From: a virus
Lineage: Duplodnaviria > Caudoviricetes
Direction: 5' to 3' (one strand)
Length of the DNA stretch: 57,071 bases
IMG/VR virus record: IMGVR_UViG_3300027963_000090
Span: 1-57,071 of that record
How positions within the stretch are numbered: the stretch's first letter is position 1; the number at the start of each line of letters is the position of its first letter. Shown here in pieces: positions 29,002-38,950 of the stretch. A model generated the notes under the pieces. That model searched no databases, was not told the origin of the DNA, and saw nothing but the letters and a program-made list of their open reading frames with translations. The position numbers and the translations under genes are program-made.

Positions 29002-31166
29002 TGAGTTATAAAATAAACAAAACAGACGGATCATTGTTGGTAGATTTGATTGACGGTACAATTAATACTGAATCAACTGATATCACACTGATAGGAAGAA
29101 ATTACAAAGGATTTGGAGAATTAATCAACGAAAACTTTGTGAAGATGTTGGAAAATTTTGCCAGCTCTTCTGCTCCAGCAAACCCTTTGCGTGGACAATT
29201 ATGGTATGACACATCAGAAAACAGATTAAAAGTTTACAATGGCTCAGAGTTTAGCACCAATGGTATTATATTAAGCTCTACTCAACCTAATTTAGCAGCT
29301 GGTGATCTTTGGATTGACAGTTTAAATCAACAATTAAAATTCTTTGACGGTAACGACATAGTAACAGTTGGTCCTGATTACACCAATGATCAAGGAGTGA
29401 GCGGGTTCGTGGTAGATTCTATATTGGACACACAAAATGTTACTCGCACTGTGATAAAATTCTTTGTGGGCAACTCTTTGTCAGGAGTTTACAGTGCTGC
29501 TCAATTCACACCAGTAACTTCACAATTAATTGCTGAATTAGTTTCAGGCAGTAATCCCACAGGTACTATCTATCAAGGATTTAATTCAGTTTCAGACACT
29601 TTCAAATGGCGTGGAGTAGCCACCAAAGCAGATTCATTGGTGGATGGATCAGGAGTGTATCGTAATGCTGATAGTTTTTTAAGAACTGATGTGGATGATC
29701 TCACAGAAGGCAGCATCACAGTTCAAAACAATGATGGAGTTATTATTGGATTGAACAACGATACCAGTTTGAGATATGCCAGCAATAGTTTTATAATTCA
29801 AAATAACTTTGCCAATGCAGATATAGCATTCAAAATTAAAACACCTGCAGTGACTGATGCTATCTATATTGATGCCAGTGCTCAAGCAGTGGGAATATTC
29901 AACAACACTCCAACCTATCCTTTGGATGTGATAGGCAATGTAAGAATTCAAGGTAATCTAACTGTTCAAGGCACAGGAGCAGCCACAATCACAGAAGATC
30001 TTAGAGTGGAAGACAAAACCATTGAATTGGCCACTATCACTGGAACACCTTTGGGCAATGATTCATATGTGTCAGGTGGAGGTATTGTATTAAAATCTTC
30101 AGTGACTGATAAAACATTACTGTGGCAAAATCTTGCCACTGGTTGGAACAGTTCAGAACATATAAATTTAGCCACAGGAAAAAATTATCAAATTAACGGA
30201 ACCACAGTGATATCTGCCACAGCGTTGGGATCAACCATCACCAGTGCTCCAGGATTGACATCGTTGGGTACTTTGACAGGACCTTTGAATGTGGACAATT
30301 TAAGATTGCAAGGTATTACATTAAGCAGCCAAAGCGGACAAAATTTACAATTACAAGCAGCCACTAACATAATTTCTGTTCAAGGATCAGCAGTGATCAG
30401 AGGAGTAGGCACACCCACTCAGGCCACTGATGTGGCCACCAAAGGTTATGTGGATGGCAGAGAATTGATCAGTTTTATGTTGGATGTTACAGATTTAGGT
30501 TCTGGCGGCACATTGAATACCAACATTGCCACTGTATTAAATGATCTTTATCCAGCAGCTGGTTACACTTATTCAGGATCAAATTCAGGATTAAATATTC
30601 CAGCAAGACAAGCAGGATCTTTAGCCAGAGTACACACTGTGGCATTTGGTGGAACTTCAGTGTCATTCTCTGGTGCTAATTTAGAAGCAGCCTCTGACAA
30701 AAGTTACACAGCAGTGGATCAAACCATCACAGCATCTCCACTCACAGTGTTGTCTGTGGAAACAGGTTACGATACACCAACATTGGGAACACAAGTAAGA
30801 ATTACCACCAGTACTCCACATGTGTATGAAGTGGATCAAACTGTGACTATTTCAGGCAGTGCTGGAATTAGTTTTGATGGCACATATCTTATCACAGAAA
30901 TTACCAACAGCACAGATTTTGTTATAGAATTAGCACCGTATTTTGATCTATCTAGTACTCCAGGATCAACATACACTGCTAGCACAGCCACAGTGGCTAG
31001 AACACCTTTCACAGGACTTGCCAACAAAACAGTATTGATGGACATAGCATTTGGCACAGCAACAGGAAGTATTACTGCTAGCACCACAAGAGCATTAAAA
31101 CAATTTGTAGTTTCTGGGGGTGCTTGGGTGTTTGACCAGGATTTAACACAAGGAACTTTAATATAA
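29001..31166 (+). CDS. tail fibre protein (paralog 2)
   Basis: Same N-terminal module (GRNYKGFGE.INENFVKMLENFA...NPLRGQLWYD); S/T/G-rich shaft; DVATKGYVD fibre motif. Confidence 0.75.
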   Translation: MSYKINKTDGSLLVDLIDGTINTESTDITLIGRNYKGFGELINENFVKMLENFASSSAPANPLRGQLWYDTSENRLKVYNGSEFSTNGIILSSTQPNLAAGDLWIDSLNQQLKFFDGNDIVTVGPDYTNDQGVSGFVVDSILDTQNVTRTVIKFFVGNSLSGVYSAAQFTPVTSQLIAELVSGSNPTGTIYQGFNSVSDTFKWRGVATKADSLVDGSGVYRNADSFLRTDVDDLTEGSITVQNNDGVIIGLNNDTSLRYASNSFIIQNNFANADIAFKIKTPAVTDAIYIDASAQAVGIFNNTPTYPLDVIGNVRIQGNLTVQGTGAATITEDLRVEDKTIELATITGTPLGNDSYVSGGGIVLKSSVTDKTLLWQNLATGWNSSEHINLATGKNYQINGTTVISATALGSTITSAPGLTSLGTLTGPLNVDNLRLQGITLSSQSGQNLQLQAATNIISVQGSAVIRGVGTPTQATDVATKGYVDGRELISFMLDVTDLGSGGTLNTNIATVLNDLYPAAGYTYSGSNSGLNIPARQAGSLARVHTVAFGGTSVSFSGANLEAASDKSYTAVDQTITASPLTVLSVETGYDTPTLGTQVRITTSTPHVYEVDQTVTISGSAGISFDGTYLITEITNSTDFVIELAPYFDLSSTPGSTYTASTATVARTPFTGLANKTVLMDIAFGTATGSITASTTRALKQFVVSGGAWVFDQDLTQGTLI

Positions 31167-31173
31167 AATAAGA

Positions 31174-31179
31174 TAAATA
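31174..31179 (+). promoter_or_regulatory. late promoter core TAAATA
   Basis: GATAAATA in the intergenic gap, followed by AAGGA SD. Confidence 0.5.
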
Positions 31180-31202
31180 ATTGAGCAAAAGGAAAACGCA
31201 AT

Positions 31203-32642
31203 ATGCCATATCAAATAGATAGATACGCTTTAGGGACATTAACTACCGTGGAAGACGGTACAGTAGACCAATCTACCAACTTAAAATTAGTGGGAAAAAA
31301 CTATGCTGGCTACGGGGAAATTCAAAACGAAAACTTTGTACATTTATTAGAAAATTTTGCTAGTGCTAACGCTCCCACAAGACCTTTGAGCGGTCAAATA
31401 TGGTTTGATTCAGCCACTAACAAATTAAAATTTTACGACGGAACAAAATTTAGAACCACTGGTGGTGCAGAAGTAGGCACAGCAGAACCAGCAGGATTAA
31501 CAGTGGGTGACTTTTGGTGGGACACTGCCAATGATCAATTATATGCTTACAACGGCACAAGTTATGTGTTGGTTGGTCCTCAAGGAGTAGGCGATACTGT
31601 AACTCAAATTGTCAGCAGAACAATCAGAGACAGTTTCAGTGCTAATCAATTAATTATTGAAGCAAAAGTTAATGACAAAACAATTTTCATCGTAAGCGAC
31701 ACAGCATTTACAATTCTTTCAGCAGATAGACCCACAGGATTTACCACTGTAAAACAAGGTCTTACACTGCGTGGTGCAGATTCTACCACAGGAGCACAAA
31801 CGGCATTTTCTAATGGCACTTTGGATAAATTTTGGGGCACAGCAGCCAATGCAGATAGATTGGGTGGATTAGAAGCATCTGCTTTTGTTCAAGTGGGAGG
31901 CAATAGTAATTTTGATGACAATGGATTCACAGTAGGCACAGGCAACGATTTAAGAATTAATATCGTAAATGATAATGAAGCAAAAATTATCAACGAAGTT
32001 GGTTCTGTTATTAAAATGGGAGCCAGCAATACTCACTCAGTGAGCATAACTGCCACAGGCATTGAGCCTAGAATAGACAGCACTTATGACATTGGAACCA
32101 ATGCTAATAGATTTGCCAACATTTATGCGGATAACATTTATGGCATAGCAGAAAAAGCCACCAACATAAGATTCAGCTCAACTGATTATGCTGGAGCAAT
32201 TACCACAGTGAATAACTCAGTGGCATTGCGAGATGGCAGTGGAAATATCACAGCAAACATTTTTCAAGGTGTAGCTTCTCAAGCAAGATACGCTGATTTG
32301 GCAGAAAAATACATGGCAGATGCCACATACGAAATTGGCACAGTGTTGGCCATTGGTGGCACAGCAGAAGTTACAGCAGCCACTGAAGGTTCTATTGTGG
32401 CAGGTGTGGTGAGCGGTGCTCCTGCATTCCTAATGAATGCAGACCAAATAGGTGGCACATCGGTGGCTATCAAAGGTAGAGTACCTGTTAAAGTTAAGGG
32501 TGCTGTTGCCAAAGGCGACAAAATTGGTACTGGTTCTACTCCGGGAGTTGGAGTTGTTGTTACAGGATCAGACTACTTTGCTGTGGCTTTGGAAGCAGAT
32601 TCAAGAATCACAGTTACAACTGTTGAGTGCTTTATCAAGTAA
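31203..32642 (+). CDS. tail fibre protein (paralog 3) with C-terminal intramolecular chaperone/peptidase G2-like domain
   Basis: Same N-terminal module; YADLAEKY...GTVL.IGG..EVT...GVVS..PA.LMN...GRVPVKV.G.V.KGD. Confidence 0.75.
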   Translation: MPYQIDRYALGTLTTVEDGTVDQSTNLKLVGKNYAGYGEIQNENFVHLLENFASANAPTRPLSGQIWFDSATNKLKFYDGTKFRTTGGAEVGTAEPAGLTVGDFWWDTANDQLYAYNGTSYVLVGPQGVGDTVTQIVSRTIRDSFSANQLIIEAKVNDKTIFIVSDTAFTILSADRPTGFTTVKQGLTLRGADSTTGAQTAFSNGTLDKFWGTAANADRLGGLEASAFVQVGGNSNFDDNGFTVGTGNDLRINIVNDNEAKIINEVGSVIKMGASNTHSVSITATGIEPRIDSTYDIGTNANRFANIYADNIYGIAEKATNIRFSSTDYAGAITTVNNSVALRDGSGNITANIFQGVASQARYADLAEKYMADATYEIGTVLAIGGTAEVTAATEGSIVAGVVSGAPAFLMNADQIGGTSVAIKGRVPVKVKGAVAKGDKIGTGSTPGVGVVVTGSDYFAVALEADSRITVTTVECFIK

Positions 32643-32691
32643 TCCAAAATGACCAATAATCTAAAATCATTCAGGGACACTTTAACCCAAC

Positions 32692-32697
32692 TAAATA
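32692..32697 (+). promoter_or_regulatory. late promoter core TAAATA
   Basis: CTAAATA in the intergenic gap, followed by AGGA SD and ATG 32718. Confidence 0.5.
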
Positions 32698-32717
32698 CTT
32701 TTAACAGGAAATAAATT

Positions 32718-33620
32718 ATGACAGTAGGTGCTCAAATAACAGCAGAACGTTACAACTTAATTCAAAACAAAGTGGCCACAGTACTGGGTCAAGGCACTGG
32801 AGACAGTGGTTATGGACAAACAGTTGTTAGTTCTAACGTGGCAGTATCACAATTGATTGAAGACAATCATTTGAATGATTTGCGTTTGGATATTAGAAAA
32901 GCCCACATACATCAAACAGGATCTTATCCCACTTTAGGAACAGTAAACACTACTGTGACTGTGGATGATAACAACAGTGGAGCAGGCACAGGATATGTTC
33001 AATTTGAAACTCTTGCAGACACAATCACCACAAACAGAAACACTTCAAACGCAGGAAGATTTGCTATCAATTCCACCAGTTCTACCTACACAAGAACGCC
33101 CGTATGGAATGGATTGCGTACAGGAACATTCACAGTGACATTTGCCAGCGTTAATGCTAAAAGATATTATTTCAACACAGGCAGTGCTGTGCAAATCTCA
33201 ATGAATATTTCAGGCAGTGTTGCCAGCAAAGTAACTGAATGGAATGCTTTATTTTCAGGCATGGGCACATTGTCATTCAGTAATTCTTCAACCAAAACAG
33301 GTGCATCAGGCACATTAAATTCCATCAACGCTTTAAATTTAACCACAGCAGATCAAACGATCTACACATCCAGCAATCCACTAGCACCTTATGCTGCCAA
33401 CTATTTCACAGTGAGTGCAAAATTCACAGACATTAGTGAAATGGCCATTCAATTCACCATTAACCTGCGTGATGACGCAGCAGGAAACGTGGACGAAGAT
33501 GTGGATGGCAGTTTGACCATAACTGTTTCGGACAAAAGACCAGACAGTGCATTGACTGATGGATTGACCATTGTGGCTCCCGCTTTTGGTAGCATGGGCA
33601 GCAACATTACTACTGCTTAA
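32718..33620 (+). CDS. putative virion structural protein (S/T/N-rich)
   Basis: 300 aa; G.G..GYGQ and R.YFN.G motifs; follows the fibres; late motif and SD upstream. Confidence 0.55.
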   Translation: MTVGAQITAERYNLIQNKVATVLGQGTGDSGYGQTVVSSNVAVSQLIEDNHLNDLRLDIRKAHIHQTGSYPTLGTVNTTVTVDDNNSGAGTGYVQFETLADTITTNRNTSNAGRFAINSTSSTYTRTPVWNGLRTGTFTVTFASVNAKRYYFNTGSAVQISMNISGSVASKVTEWNALFSGMGTLSFSNSSTKTGASGTLNSINALNLTTADQTIYTSSNPLAPYAANYFTVSAKFTDISEMAIQFTINLRDDAAGNVDEDVDGSLTITVSDKRPDSALTDGLTIVAPAFGSMGSNITTA

Positions 33621-33657
33621 TTTTACCAATTCCTAATACCACCTAACTGTTCATATC

Positions 33658-33711
33658 TAAATACAATCATAATCCATATTTGTTGACTTTTAGCTAGAAA
33701 TAACATATAAT
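33658..33711 (+). promoter_or_regulatory. tandem late core (TAAATA 33658-33663) and sigma70-type promoter (33683-33711)
   Basis: TTGACT (33683-33688), 17 nt, TATAAT (33706-33711); TAAGGA SD follows. Confidence 0.75.
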
Positions 33712-33736
33712 TCTAGTAAGGATTATTATAAAATTT

Positions 33737-34093
33737 ATGATTAAAAATCTTAACGTTGTTGCTGAATTATTAATAGTTACTGATGCAATGTCCAGTTTTA
33801 ACAATCAATTAAAAATATTGAAGAATAAATTTTTGGACAGCAATATTGCTTTTGTAGAAGGACATCAGTTCACAATAACATCTGCACTGATATCACATTG
33901 TGATATTTTGATTGCTGCTGAAAGAACTCAAGATGTGATACTATTGGATGATTATCAAAATCCTGTATTGATTAAAAATCTTGTAGATTTTAAAGATAAC
34001 ATTATAGATTTGTATCAAAGCAATTTGAATTCATATTATACTGAATACAATGAATTGTTAAAAACCAAAGGTGAAGTCAAGGACAATGCATGA
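33737..34093 (+). CDS. hypothetical protein
   Basis: 118 aa ORF with promoter and SD; ATGA overlap with the next gene. Confidence 0.65.
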   Translation: MIKNLNVVAELLIVTDAMSSFNNQLKILKNKFLDSNIAFVEGHQFTITSALISHCDILIAAERTQDVILLDDYQNPVLIKNLVDFKDNIIDLYQSNLNSYYTEYNELLKTKGEVKDNA

Positions 34094-34950
34094 AAAAAGG
34101 TATAATAATTTATGCTCATAACAATAGCAGCATTGACTATGTCAAGCAGGCCATATTCTGCACTCAACAAATTAGAAAACATTTAAAACTTCCAGTAACA
34201 CTGATCACTTCCAATCAGGAACATCTTGAAAAAAATTATAAAAAACAAGCAATAATTTTTGATAAAATTATCTCTGTGCCTGATTACAGCACTGCTCAAC
34301 AAAAAACTTTTTATGATGGGCAAAACAAGCATGTCACAGATCAATGGAAAAACCATTTGCGTTCCACTGCTTATGAGTTAAGCCCTTATGATGAAACGCT
34401 TGTGATGGATTCAGATTATATTGTTTGTAATAATAATTTGTCTAAATGTTTCAAATCCAACGAAGATTTTCTTATACACAAAAAATCCATTTATATCAAT
34501 TATTCCAGTAAATCAGAATCTAAATTAAAAGCTATCAGTGATACAGGTGTTGATATGTATTGGGCCACTGTGTTTTATTTTAAAAAGACCACGAGAGTTA
34601 AAAAACTATTTGAACTAATACAGCATATCAAAGATGATTGGCAATTTTATAGATTCAGTTATCAAATAGTGGACACGTCATTTAGAAACGATTTTGCTTA
34701 CAGCATAGCCATACATATGATAAATGGATTTCAACAAGGAGTATGGCCTTATTCATTGCCAGACAGTTTGTATCATATTACTGATAGAGATCTAGTAAAT
34801 TCTTTTAATAAAGAAGTTTGGAATTTTTCTCTAGCTATTGATAACAATCAGTACATGCCTATGAGTGTTAAAGGTATCAATATACACATCATGAATAAAT
34901 TTGCACTGGATAAAATTATAGACAAAGGATTAAATCGTGTTAGAATCTAA
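34090..34950 (+). CDS. GT-A fold glycosyltransferase-like protein (GT8-like)
   Basis: KGIIIYA...DYVKQA...SPYDETLVMDSDY (DxD)...FRNDFAYSIA. Confidence 0.65.
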   Translation: MKKGIIIYAHNNSSIDYVKQAIFCTQQIRKHLKLPVTLITSNQEHLEKNYKKQAIIFDKIISVPDYSTAQQKTFYDGQNKHVTDQWKNHLRSTAYELSPYDETLVMDSDYIVCNNNLSKCFKSNEDFLIHKKSIYINYSSKSESKLKAISDTGVDMYWATVFYFKKTTRVKKLFELIQHIKDDWQFYRFSYQIVDTSFRNDFAYSIAIHMINGFQQGVWPYSLPDSLYHITDRDLVNSFNKEVWNFSLAIDNNQYMPMSVKGINIHIMNKFALDKIIDKGLNRVRI

Positions 34951-35779
34951 AGGATATTGTATATTTGCACAAAAAAATAATCAAGTGGATTATGTGCGTC
35001 AAGCATACGCATTGGCTTTGAGTATAAAAACACACATGCCTCTCAGTCAAGTGTGTTTAATTACCAATGTGAATGTGCCTGCTTATATGAAAAAATTATT
35101 TGATTATATCGTGGATATACCAGGAGATGATGATGCAGTAAATTCTGAATGGAAAATAGAAAATAGATATAAAATTTATCAAGCCACACCATATGAACAT
35201 TCAATCATATTGGATGCTGACATGCTGATATGCAGCGATATCAGTCATTGGTGGGATTTTTTAAAGAATTTTGATCTATTTTTTACCACACAAGTAAGAA
35301 CATACAGAAATGAAATTGCTAATTCCACTTATTATCGTAAAACTTTTAAAAATAATCAATTGCCTAATTTATATTGTGGCATGCATTACTATAAAAAATG
35401 TCGAAACAATGGAGATTTTTTAGGATTATTAAAACAAATAGTTTTGAATTACAAATTATTCTATGAAAAATACACACCCAACAACACACAAACTTGGTGC
35501 AGTATGGATGTGAGTGTGGCCATAGCAAGTAAATTATTAGGCATAACTGAAAAAATTACCAGCAAAGTACCTTATATTGGATTCACACATATGAAACCAC
35601 ACAGTCAAGGGTGGGAACATACACCAGATCACTGGATGGAAAAAGTTAACATATATTATGATTCAAAAAAAAGAATAAAACTGGGTAACTTTTTACAGCA
35701 AGGTATATTGCATTATGTGGAACCTGAATTTTTAAGTGAACAATTAATGAATCAATTGGAAAAAAATTACAATGGATAA
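34937..35779 (+). CDS. GT-A fold glycosyltransferase-like protein (paralog of 34090)
   Basis: KGYCIFA...DYVRQA...TPYEHSIILDADM (DxD)...FTHMK...ILHYV. Confidence 0.65.
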   Translation: MLESKGYCIFAQKNNQVDYVRQAYALALSIKTHMPLSQVCLITNVNVPAYMKKLFDYIVDIPGDDDAVNSEWKIENRYKIYQATPYEHSIILDADMLICSDISHWWDFLKNFDLFFTTQVRTYRNEIANSTYYRKTFKNNQLPNLYCGMHYYKKCRNNGDFLGLLKQIVLNYKLFYEKYTPNNTQTWCSMDVSVAIASKLLGITEKITSKVPYIGFTHMKPHSQGWEHTPDHWMEKVNIYYDSKKRIKLGNFLQQGILHYVEPEFLSEQLMNQLEKNYNG

Positions 35780-36347
35780 TCAAAAATTTAGATATTTAAA
35801 ATTTGATAAGTTTACCGGAGAAATTCAATCCTGTCAGGGAGGTTATATTGCTGATGGGTTGGCTATCAATGAGGAATTAGGCATAGACTTTGTTACTGGT
35901 AAAGAAGTTATGAGCAATTACAAAGTGATTTTTGTTGATAATGCTTACAAGTTAATTAAAAAATATGTGATACAAAAAGATTCTTACAACAACACACAAT
36001 CAAACGATACTGTTATTAATAAAAATATTTATAAAATCACAACAGCAGTCAACGATAATAATTGTATTTCAATTAGATTGAATAAAAAAGAAAAAAATTT
36101 AATGTTTTCAGTAACAGAACAGTTTAAAGATAGTATGAAAGATTATTTTATAAAAAATTCTTCTAAAGATCACTATTTTTTTGCTACTAAAAAGAACGAT
36201 GGTAGTATATTAGATAATATATTTGTTATTGATATGAAAGAATTACTAGAACAAGGAATCATAAATGTAAGTTATGACCCAAAACACAGCGTGGACCTGT
36301 ATTGTCGTAAAACATTTGATTACAAATATGAGGAAATCAATGAATAA
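35772..36347 (+). CDS. hypothetical protein
   Basis: 191 aa, very AT-rich, overlaps both neighbours. Confidence 0.6.
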   Translation: MDNQKFRYLKFDKFTGEIQSCQGGYIADGLAINEELGIDFVTGKEVMSNYKVIFVDNAYKLIKKYVIQKDSYNNTQSNDTVINKNIYKITTAVNDNNCISIRLNKKEKNLMFSVTEQFKDSMKDYFIKNSSKDHYFFATKKNDGSILDNIFVIDMKELLEQGIINVSYDPKHSVDLYCRKTFDYKYEEINE

Positions 36348-37248
36348 AATTGCTATCAAAGATTGTGATATCATATTTTTAAGTTATGATGAGCCCAATG
36401 CTGATAAAAATTATGCTGATTTAAAAAAGAAAATGCCATGGGCCAAACGAGTGCATGGTATATTTGGGTCAGACACAGCTCATAAAGCCTGTGCTGCACT
36501 GTCTGACACAGAATATTTTGTTACTGTGGATGGTGATACTCAATTGGATGAAAAATTTATTAATTTAGTGATTGATTTGGACAGCATGGGCATGGATAAT
36601 TCATATATTTTTAGTTGGTGTGGACACATTGATTTAAATGGATTAAAATATGGCAATGGCAGTATTAAATTATGGACCAGAACATTTGTTAATGAGATGA
36701 AAACTCATGAAAACTATCAAGGCAAAGACAGAAATTTAATTGAGTTTTGTTATTTTGACAAATTATTTCAGTTTAATGAAAATTATTCCACCAGTTACAT
36801 CAATAGTACTCCCAAACAAGCATGGAGAGCAGGATTCCGTGAAGGTGTAAAAATGAGTATTGCTAAAGACAGCAGAGTAAAAGACTATAAAACACTGTGG
36901 TGGCAAAATTATCATAGATTAATCATATGGATGACAGTGGGTATGGATGTGAAGAATGGCATTTGGGCCATTGCTGGTGCTAGAGAAGGTTGTTACAGAA
37001 CCATATGTACTGATTGGAATATTAGTTTGACTAGAGATTTTAAATATCTGGATCAGACTTGGTCGGATTTTAGTCAACAGATATCTCAAAATCAAGAAAA
37101 ATGTCTTGAAAGAATAAAAGATCTTGGTAAAGAAATACTTAAAAAACAATCAATGGAATTGCCTGTTGAACCTTTGAATGCTGAGCAGAGTAAATTTTTT
37201 AAAAAGGTGTATATTAATTCGCCTAGAGTGTTAAGAAAGACCATATGA
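36340..37248 (+). CDS. glycosyltransferase family 2-like protein
   Basis: Start reassigned to ATG 36340 (GAGGA SD); DIIFLSYDEPNA...RVHG..G...AH.A...TVDGD (DxD)...AWRAGFREGVK. Confidence 0.6.
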   Translation: MNKIAIKDCDIIFLSYDEPNADKNYADLKKKMPWAKRVHGIFGSDTAHKACAALSDTEYFVTVDGDTQLDEKFINLVIDLDSMGMDNSYIFSWCGHIDLNGLKYGNGSIKLWTRTFVNEMKTHENYQGKDRNLIEFCYFDKLFQFNENYSTSYINSTPKQAWRAGFREGVKMSIAKDSRVKDYKTLWWQNYHRLIIWMTVGMDVKNGIWAIAGAREGCYRTICTDWNISLTRDFKYLDQTWSDFSQQISQNQEKCLERIKDLGKEILKKQSMELPVEPLNAEQSKFFKKVYINSPRVLRKTI

Positions 37249-37952
37249 TGTACGATATATTTTTTATAAGTTATAATGAACCCAATGCAGATCAAAATTA
37301 CTCTCTATTGAAACAAAGATTTCCATTGGCTCAAAGAGTTCACGGCATAAAAGGCATTCAACAAGCACATATCAGAGCTGCCACATTGAGTTTGACCAAA
37401 ATGTTTTGGGTGGTAGACGGTGATGCAGTGATTGAAGACGATTTTATGTTTGATTTCCAAGTGGATCCTAATGAATTAAATGCTGTGCATGTGTGGAGAA
37501 GCCGAAATCCCATCAATGAACTGGAGTATGGTTATGGCGGAGTAAAATTACTGCCCAAAAGACTCACGATGAACATGGATCCCAATAGAATAGACATGAC
37601 CACCAGCATATCTAATAGGTTTAGAGCCATGCATGAAGTATCCAACACCACTGTGTTCAATACAGATCCATTCAACACATGGAAAAGTGCTTTTAGAGAG
37701 TGTGTCAAGCTCAGCAGCAAGGTAATCGATCGTCAGGTGGACAAAGAAACTGAAAAAAGATTATTGATTTGGTGCACAGTGGGAGATGATAAACCATGCG
37801 GAGAGTATGCCATTGCTGGAGCACTGGCAGGCAGAGTGTACGGCACGGACAACCAAGGTAATTCAGATGCTTTGAGAATGATCAATAACTTTGAATGGTT
37901 AAAATTAGTATTTGTGGGACAATTTCCACACATGGAGAAAAAAATATTATGA
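37245..37952 (+). CDS. glycosyltransferase family 2-like protein (paralog of 36340)
   Basis: DIFFISYNEPNA...RVHGIKG...AH..A...VVDGD...YGYGGVKL...TWKSAFRECVK. Confidence 0.6.
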   Translation: MMYDIFFISYNEPNADQNYSLLKQRFPLAQRVHGIKGIQQAHIRAATLSLTKMFWVVDGDAVIEDDFMFDFQVDPNELNAVHVWRSRNPINELEYGYGGVKLLPKRLTMNMDPNRIDMTTSISNRFRAMHEVSNTTVFNTDPFNTWKSAFRECVKLSSKVIDRQVDKETEKRLLIWCTVGDDKPCGEYAIAGALAGRVYGTDNQGNSDALRMINNFEWLKLVFVGQFPHMEKKIL

Positions 37953-38950
37953 TAGATACCAACATTCCATTTGATAAAATTGTAAACTTTGGTCAACGCA
38001 CCATGTTGAACAGTAAATTGTTTTCTGTGAGTTGGATCTTGGCTCGTTTTTGCAACTATGATTGTTCTTACTGCTGGCCTTATGCCAAAAGCAAACAGAA
38101 AGATCACAGACCATTGTCAGTTTACACAGGAGTGGTGGATGAAATCAAACGACAGGCCAGACAGAATGGATTCACAGACTATCATTTCAGTTTTTCAGGT
38201 GGAGAACCCACTGCCTACAAAGATTTTTTACAATTGGTACAGCATTATAGTGCTGATACTGCTCCAGAATATCAAAGTATTCACATGACCACCAACCTAA
38301 GTCCTTCAGAAAAGTGGTGGGAAAGATGGTTGGAAGCCACAAAAACATTGAACCGCAGAAGTATCACTGCCAGCTTTCATGCTGAATTCGCTGATGAACA
38401 AAAATTTGGAGATAAAATATTACTGTTGATGAAGAATAATGTGTTTGTCACAATTAATCAAGTGATGGTGCCTGATAGATTTGCTGAATACTATGATAGA
38501 TGTGCAAGATTCCACTCCAGAGGTATCAATGTTACACTGAAACCACAGAGTGATCCCACAGCAAGTTTTGTTATTGAAGGTTATACTCGAGATCAACTGA
38601 ACACTTTACAAACAGGATTTCCTCAACGCATACAAGAAGGTGAAAATTACAAAGATTTATTTCAAATTGAGATGATGGATGCTCAAGGCAACAAGTATTA
38701 CATGGATCAAGCAGAGAGATTCAATGCTTTTGGCTTCAATAAATTCAAAGGATGGCACTGTAATGCTGGATATCAGAGTTGTGTCATTAGAGAACCAAAC
38801 GGAGAAGTCAAAAGAAGTTACAGTTGTCATGATCAACCACTGGGTAACATAGAACAAGGATTCAAATTGTTTGATAAACCAAAAGTTTGTATAACTCCCA
38901 CTTGTGTGAGTTCAGCAGATTCAAAAATACCCAAGGCTCGACATGTATAG
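37949..38950 (+). CDS. radical SAM enzyme with C-terminal Cys-rich auxiliary domain (type B)
   Basis: CNYDCSYC, SGGEP, TTN, ASFH; C-terminal FKGWHC.AG...C...C....C.S; start reassigned to ATG 37949. Confidence 0.88.
   Translation: MIDTNIPFDKIVNFGQRTMLNSKLFSVSWILARFCNYDCSYCWPYAKSKQKDHRPLSVYTGVVDEIKRQARQNGFTDYHFSFSGGEPTAYKDFLQLVQHYSADTAPEYQSIHMTTNLSPSEKWWERWLEATKTLNRRSITASFHAEFADEQKFGDKILLLMKNNVFVTINQVMVPDRFAEYYDRCARFHSRGINVTLKPQSDPTASFVIEGYTRDQLNTLQTGFPQRIQEGENYKDLFQIEMMDAQGNKYYMDQAERFNAFGFNKFKGWHCNAGYQSCVIREPNGEVKRSYSCHDQPLGNIEQGFKLFDKPKVCITPTCVSSADSKIPKARHV

Noticed and set aside
26989-33620. Diversity-generating retroelement or invertible fibre cassette
   Set aside because: No reverse transcriptase, invertase or template/variable repeat pair; fibre similarity is at protein level only
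4697-33629. Many 60-130 aa minus-strand ORFs within the structural module
   Set aside because: Fully nested antisense to long motif-bearing genes, without SD or recognisable motifs
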